This document shows positions 7,632-13,168 of a stretch of DNA of 13,168 bases, piece by piece. The stretch comes from Octopus sinensis (lineage: Eukaryota). The position numbers and the translations under genes are program-made. The stretch is from assembly GCF_006345805.1 (NCBI RefSeq), contig NW_021826466.1, forward strand, positions 1 through 13,168, written 5' to 3'. The notes beneath the pieces were generated by a model. That model made no database searches. It worked only from the letters and a program-made list of their open reading frames with translations, and was not told the origin of the DNA. Every line of letters begins with the position of its first letter. The stretch's first letter is position 1.

Positions 7632-8040
7632 GGCGCAGGAGTGGCTGTGTGGTAAGTAGCTTGGTAACCAACCACATGGTTCTGGGTTCAGTCCCACTGC
7701 GTGGCATCTTGGGCAAGTGTCTTCTACTATAGCCTTGGGCCGAGCAATGCCTTGTGAGTGGATTTGGTAGACGGAAACTGAAAGAAGCCTGTCGTATATA
7801 TGTATATATATGTATATGTATGTGTGTGTTTGTGTGTCTGTGTCTGTGTTTGTCCCCCTAGCATTGCTTGACAACCGATGCTGGTGTGTTTACGTCCCCG
7901 TAACGTAGCGGTTCGGCAAAAGAGACAGATAGAATAAGTACTGGGCTTACAAAGAATAAGTCTCGGGGTCGATTTGTTCGACTAAAGGCGGTGCTCCAGC
8001 ATGACCGCAGTCAAATGACTGAAACAAGTAAGAGAGAGTA
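7632..8040 (+). mobile_element. Full-length SINE-A (tRNA head, CORE-like segment, internal TA/TG microsatellite, 3' body)
   Basis: Head gcaggagtggctgtgtggtaag...gggttcagtccc. The MIR-core-like segment is gcgtggcatcttgggcaagtg. The microsatellite is at ~7795-7850, and the 3' end reads aaatgactgaaacaagtaagag. Confidence 0.88.
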
Positions 8041-8413
8041 TGGTTTTGAGAAAAGCTGTCAGTTATACTAGAACCCGGATACCTGAAACTGTCTGCTGTT
8101 TTTAGTGAAAAGCGGTTAATAGGAAGGGAACGAAGGAAAGGTGCAGCCCGGGTCATGCTATTATTTTTCTCATTATGCAGATGGTTAGGTCAAAGTGTGC
8201 AGGCGTTGGAGCCCAGAACCAGTGTATACATAGACATACATGCATATATATATATATATATTTCAGCAAAACAATTTAGATTCAAATGAATATGGTACTT
8301 AACTTAGATGCATCAGAATATTTTTATGGTATTACCCATAAAATTATGTGGGGTGATTATAACCAAAAAATAAGCAACAAGAATGGATCCATTCTTGTTG
8401 TTTATTTTTTGGT

Positions 8414-8414
<1 letters not shown>

Positions 8415-8459
<45 letters not shown>

Positions 8460-8549
8460 ATATATATATATATGCATATATACATAGATATATACATATA
8501 CATATATATATAAGCACACATACATACACACTCTCACACACACCCACAC

Positions 8550-8582
<33 letters not shown>

Positions 8583-8830
8583 CTATATACACATATATAC
8601 ATACATATATATATATATATACATATACATACATACATACATTAATATATACATACATACATACACACACACATACACATATATATGCATGTATGTATAT
8701 ATACATCCATACATGCATGCATACGTACATACATACATAAATACATACATACATACATACATACAGATGCACACATGCGCTCGCGCACACACACAAACAT
8801 GTGTGTGTGTATGTGTGTGTGTGTGTGTGT
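8415..8830 (+). repeat. Compound (TA)n/(CATA)n/(CA)n/(TG)n microsatellite
   Basis: Read directly. Confidence 0.97.
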
Positions 8831-8859
8831 AACATCAAAACCCACATCCCCAAATTACC

Positions 8860-8990
8860 AACATCAATAACAGTCTGCGCCGCCGCCACCGTCGCTGTCA
8901 CTGCTACCAACAACAACACCACCACCACTATTACCCCCTCCCCATCATCACAACCCTCACCGCTACCATAACAACAACAACAACACCGAC
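8860..8990 (+). repeat. Degenerate (CAC/CAA)n low-complexity tract
   Basis: Read directly. Confidence 0.8.
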
Positions 8991-9174
8991 ATGAATATCG
9001 TTGTTCTTGCTGTCATCTATGAGTCAGACACCAGCATCCCACTCAATGCCGTCTTAACTTCGTCAATTTCATTTCAACTGTTGCCATTCCGTAACCAAAA
9101 ACTCGGATCTAATTACAAAACATGTATTGAGTTTAATTCTTTCTGGAACCGTCTAACGAGTGCAAAACATATTC

Positions 9175-9565
9175 TTTTATTCTTTTGCTAGTCTTATTCA
9201 TTTGACTGCAGCCATGCTGGAGCACTGCCTTGAAAAGCTTTTCAGTCGAACAAATCGACCCCGAGGCTTGTTTTTTCAAGCCCAGCACTTATCTTATCGG
9301 TCTCTTTTGCCGAACCGTAATTTAGGGGGATGTAAACACACCAATAACGGTTATCAATAGCGGTGGATGATGGGTGGGACCAAACATAGACACAAACACA
9401 CACACACCACAACGGACTTCTTTCAGTTTCCGTCTACCAAATCCACTCACAAGGCTTTGGTCAGCCAGGGGCTCTAGTAGAAGACACTTGCCCAAGGTGC
9501 CACGCAGAGGGACTGAACCCGGAACCATGTGGTTGGGACGTAAACTTCTTACCACACAGCCACAC
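9175..9565 (-). mobile_element. Full-length SINE-A, inverted
   Basis: 9417-9455 is a perfect 39-nt reverse complement of 7749-7787, and 9475-9493 is a perfect reverse complement of 7711-7729. Confidence 0.88.
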
Positions 9566-9734
9566 CAAAAACCAAATGAACAAAACAAACATAACTGTTT
9601 ATTAATTAATTCATTCATTTATTTACTTATTTAATTATTTATTGCTAGGTCTGGAAGGAGGAGTATTCTCCATGTCCTTCGCCACTCCTCTCAAATCGGC
9701 GAGACCTGCTGTTTATAATCCGCTAATATTTTTG

Positions 9735-9870
9735 AAACGAAACCTGCCCCAGACGGCACCCTGGTTTTAAAAATAATCTAAATTAAAATCGTCCGTCAAA
9801 ATTTCACTTTGATTTATGTCCCAAACGCTAATTTAATTATGACAAAGTAATTTCACTAAATTATTCTTTA
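9735..9870 (+). mobile_element. Possible decayed AT-rich MITE fragment
   Basis: aattaaaatcgtccgtcaaaatttc...tttatgtcccaaac...atgacaaagtaatttcactaaatt resembles an octopus piggyBac-like MITE from memory only. No TIRs are visible. Confidence 0.3.
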
Positions 9871-9871
9871 A

Positions 9872-10032
9872 GGCGCCGACGTGGCTGTCTGGTGAGAAAC
9901 TTGCTTCACAACCACATGGTTCCGGGTTCAATCCCACTGCGTGACACCTTGGGCAAGTGTCTTCTACTATTGCCTCGGGCCGACTAAAGTTTTGTGTGTG
10001 GATTTGGTAGACGGAAACTGAAAGAAACCTTC

Positions 10033-10076
<44 letters not shown>
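9872..10076 (+). mobile_element. SINE-A 5' half ending in its (TA)n tract
   Basis: caaccacatggttccgggttcaatcccactgcgtgacaccttgggcaagtgtcttctact...ggatttggtagacggaaactgaaagaa, then (TA)n at 10034-10076. Confidence 0.87.
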
Positions 10077-10079
<3 letters not shown>

Positions 10080-10113
10080 TAGAACCATGAGCTGGTAGGC
10101 TTTAAAGGGCGCA

Positions 10114-10116
<3 letters not shown>

Positions 10117-10149
<33 letters not shown>

Positions 10150-10480
10150 CATTGCACGTATATTCTTTAGTTGGCAACATTTTTTGTGAGTACAGAATAC
10201 CTTATTTTGTGAACATGTTTTGTTCTCACGAAAAATATGTGTATATGCACAAACAAACAAACAAACATACATACATACATGCATAAATGCATTCATACAT
10301 TCTACACACACATATATACAGCTACACAAAAGCAATTTCGAAAATAACGTAATACAAAAGCAGTAAAGAAAAACAAATCCAAACGAACAAAAACTAAAAA
10401 AAACAAACGACAAACCCCTCACCGTACCCCTCTACCACATTCAGACCGACAGACAGACAGACAGACCGACAGACAGACAG
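10117..10480 (+). repeat. Scattered (TA)n, (CATA)n and (CAGA)n tracts
   Basis: TA at 10117-10146, CAAA/CATA at 10250-10320 and CAGA at 10442-10480. Confidence 0.85.
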
Positions 10481-10612
10481 GGACACAAGTGTAATATGGC
10501 CGCTGTCTGTTATGCGTTAAAGATTGTTTCAAGTCAAATTTTCAAAAAACGGAGCTGAAAGAACTTTCTCAAAACATGTCAAAATTATCTCCTCAGAATA
10601 ATGAAACGTTGC

Positions 10613-11027
10613 ACAGTGGTGGTGGTGGTAGTGGTGGTGGTGTTGGTGGCAGTGGTGTTGGTGGTGGTGGTGGTGGTGGTGGCAGTGGTGGTGGTGTTGG
10701 TGTTTGGTGGGTGGTGGTGGTGGTGGTGGTGGTAGTAGTGGTGTTGGTGGTGGTGGTGATGGTGGTGATGATGGTGGTGGTGGTGGCGGTGGCGGTGGTG
10801 GTGGTGGTGGTAGTTGTGGTGTTGATGGTGGTGGTGACGGTAATGGTATTGGTGTTGGTGGTAGTGGTGATGGTGGCGGTGATGGTGGGGGCGGTGGTGA
10901 TGGCGGTGATGGTGTTGGTGGTGGTGGTGACGGTAATGGTATTGGTGGTAGTGGTGATGGCGGCGGTGGTGGTAGTGGTGGTGGTGGTAGTGGTGGTGGT
11001 GGTTCTGATGACGGTGGTGATGGTGCC
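10613..11027 (+). repeat. Degenerate (GGT)n tract, ~410 bp
   Basis: Read directly. It produces the poly-G, poly-V and poly-T/P ORFs. Confidence 0.95.
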
Positions 11028-11154
11028 AGTGTTATCAGTGGAATATTGGTTGTTCTTTCCCTCTTTCGACTTTATTTTCAAACTTGCAAGAACAAAGACA
11101 GTTCTTTGTTGTGCGTTCGTTTGACTCTATTCGTTCATACATGCACACAATCAT

Positions 11155-11156
11155 AC

Positions 11157-11200
<44 letters not shown>

Positions 11201-11337
11201 GCATAAATATATTATATATATGTGTGTATGTGTTTGTATATATGTATTTGTATAGTATATAATTGCATGCATACATGCATCTATACACACATACAAACAT
11301 ATACATATATACATATGTATGCATATATACATATGTA

Positions 11338-11381
<44 letters not shown>

Positions 11382-11422
11382 CACATATACCATATACATA
11401 TATATACATATGTATACTAGAA

Positions 11423-11489
<67 letters not shown>

Positions 11490-11538
11490 ATACTCACATA
11501 TATACATATATAAAGATATGTACACACTCGTACACACA

Positions 11539-11584
<46 letters not shown>

Positions 11585-11590
11585 TACATA
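11155..11590 (+). repeat. Compound (TA)n/(CA)n microsatellite
   Basis: Read directly. Confidence 0.97.
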
Positions 11591-12010
11591 AAACCAGAAC
11601 TGTCCCTCCACTCTTAGCAGACGTTTGTCCCATTTAACAGAACATTACTCACAGAAAGTATCAACCCCACCGATTCCAATGTGTCTTTTATTGTTCCCCC
11701 ACTCCCTAACCTACTAAACCTCCACCACCACCGCCGCCGCCGCCATCACGCTGACGCAACAACCCTCATTCTTCTAAAATACTTCTATCCCCACCAACCG
11801 ACCAACCACCCAGCCTGCCATTTCTCGAGTCGACGAAGGAGTCTGTGACCCGCTAGAAATAACAACAACATGGACATCTGATCACACTATGCTCTTTTAG
11901 TCATAATACAAACAGACGAAGGACATATTCGGTATATGTAGAGATAGAACTAAAATGTCTGAAAGCAAACTATGGTGGGTGGGTCACCGTTGGAACGTCT
12001 TTGGCTACCT

Positions 12011-12082
12011 TCTTTTTATCATTTTATTGGATTGCTGCCATGCTGAAGTGTTTAGTCGAACAAATCGACTCAAACCGTTATT
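12011..12082 (-). mobile_element. SINE-A 3' terminus (left piece of a split copy)
   Basis: gctgccatgctg...tttagtcgaacaaatcgac matches 9207-9258. Confidence 0.7.
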
Positions 12083-12094
12083 GTCCTTATTTCT

Positions 12095-12124
12095 GTTGTT
12101 GTTCTTGTTGTTTTTGTTGTTGCT

Positions 12125-12184
<60 letters not shown>

Positions 12185-12210
12185 ATTACATTGTTGTTAT
12201 TATTATCATT
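12095..12210 (+). repeat. (TTG)n grading into (TTA)n
   Basis: Read directly. Confidence 0.96.
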
Positions 12211-12402
12211 AGCACATACCGCAAAATGCTTCGTGGTATTCCGTCTGCCGCTACGTTTTGAGTTTAAAATTCCGCTGAGGTCGACTTTGTCTTTCATCCT
12301 TTCGGGGTCGATAAATTAAGTACCAGTGAAACATTGGGTCGATGTAATCGACTAATCCCTTCCCCCAAAATTTCAGGCCCTCTGCCTTTAGTAGAAAGGA
12401 TT
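12208..12402 (+). mobile_element. 5'-truncated SINE-B with a degenerate (ATT)n tail start
   Basis: ttagcacataccgcaaaatgc...gtctgccgctacgttttgagtt...gaggtcgactttgtctttcatcctttcggggtcgataaattaagtaccag...gtagaaaggattgttactattac. Confidence 0.85.
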
Positions 12403-12414
12403 GTTACTATTACT

Positions 12415-12811
12415 CTTCATCGCGGGTTTTGTTGGTGCTCCTGGAGCCATTGCCTGCGTAGCGGGCTCGCTGCATGAAGCCTACGGTACTATGCTATCTC
12501 TTCTTTTCAGCTATCGAATACTTTCCTGATTATTCTGGCCATGTCAAGGAGGCAGACCTTTTGTAAAAGTCCTACAAGGTACTCTATTCCAATTTCCTTT
12601 ACATTCTCTTTGATGCCTTCTGATACCGTCCCCAAGGACCCAACAATAATTCGCACTATCTTCACCTTCTTCATTTTCCATAGCCGGGCTATTTCGTACT
12701 TAAGAGGGTTGTATCCAGCTACCTTTTTCACCTTCTTCCTTGACTATTCGTGGGTCAAAGGGGCATGCAACATCAACTATATAGCGTATGTGGTGCATCT
12801 TGTCCACCACC
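12415..12811 (-). mobile_element. 3' fragment of an R4/Dong-clade non-LTR retrotransposon (RLE domain C-terminus and 3'UTR)
   Basis: From 12810 the minus strand reads VVDK..YIVDVACPFDPRIVKEEGEK. After a 1-bp frameshift in the A5 run (12724-12728) it continues VAGYNPLKYEIARLWKMKKVKIVRIIVGSLGTV...LQKVCLLDMARIIRKVFDS* (stop 12507-12509). This fits a PD-(D/E)xK RLE and the typical LQK..LL..ARI.RKV ending of R4-clade ORFs. Confidence 0.85.
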
Positions 12812-12845
<34 letters not shown>

Positions 12846-12890
12846 GCTATTATTATTATTGTTGTTGTTGTTGTTATTATTATTATCAAT
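12812..12890 (+). repeat. (ATT)n/(GTT)n microsatellite
   Basis: Read directly. Confidence 0.96.
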
Positions 12891-12894
12891 ATTA

Positions 12895-13168
12895 ATTTAT
12901 TTTGCCAATTCCGGTACTTACTCTATCGATCTCTTTGTCCGAACCGCAATGTTACAGGGACACAAGTTAACCAACACCGGTTGTGAAGCAGTGTCGTGGG
13001 ACAAATACAAATACAAAAGCACACACACACATATGTGTACGTACGTATATATATACATATATATGTAATATATATATTTATATATATATATTTATATATA
13101 TATATATATATATATACGATAGGCTTCAACACAGTTTCTATCAACCGAATTCATTCATAAGACTGTTA
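12895..13168 (-). mobile_element. SINE-A body, internal microsatellite and part of the head (right piece of the split copy; runs off the window end)
   Basis: gtacttactctatcgatctctttgtccgaaccgc...acaccggttgtgaagc matches 9286-9360. (CA/TA)n occupies 13020-13116, and acgataggcttc...cagtttc resembles the head/microsatellite junction. Confidence 0.75.

Noticed and set aside
8161-8230. Acceptor-like tttttctcattatgcag followed by ATG
   Set aside because: There is no convincing downstream donor, and the frame runs into a TA microsatellite.
10496-10503. YY1-like AANATGGC motif (aatatggc)
   Set aside because: A single short motif with no other promoter evidence; expected by chance.
10540-10600. Minus-strand CUGAGGA...GAAA hammerhead-like spacing
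   Set aside because: The intervening sequence cannot form stem II, and flanking stems are absent.
10576-11255. Gly-rich, Val-rich and Thr/Pro-rich ORFs resembling structural proteins
   Set aside because: All frames on both strands are similarly open because of (GGT)n. There is no signal peptide, and the ORFs end in TA repeats or junk.
11647-11780. Minus-strand ATGGCGGCG and a GTGAGT donor suggesting an exon
   Set aside because: The ATG frame stops after 10 codons, and the sequence is drift of a CCA/CCG repeat.

Overview
Repeat-saturated, AT-rich eukaryotic DNA. It is most likely an intron or intergenic region of an octopus (coleoid cephalopod) genome; this is inferred from my recognition of the SINE families, not from a database search. 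There is no intact protein-coding gene, rRNA, true tRNA or CRISPR array, and most ORFs in the supplied track are microsatellite translations. The window holds many copies of three or four tRNA-derived SINE families and long simple repeats (AAT, TA, TATG, CAC, GGT, TTG). It also holds decayed fragments of Tc1/mariner (maT/DD37D-like) and hAT transposases, plus the 3' end of an R4/Dong-type LINE encoding a restriction-like endonuclease (RLE). The most interesting pattern is a set of microsatellite-embedded elements. A 592-bp non-coding element sits inside (AAT)n, a ~548-bp element resembling an RTE 5'UTR sits inside (TATG)n, and the Dong-like fragment sits in the (ATT)n tail of a SINE that itself splits an older SINE. 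One plausible small exon (7505-7575) could encode the start of a signal peptide, and it lies among inverted SINE pairs able to form dsRNA. Family names are from memory and need Dfam/Repbase confirmation.
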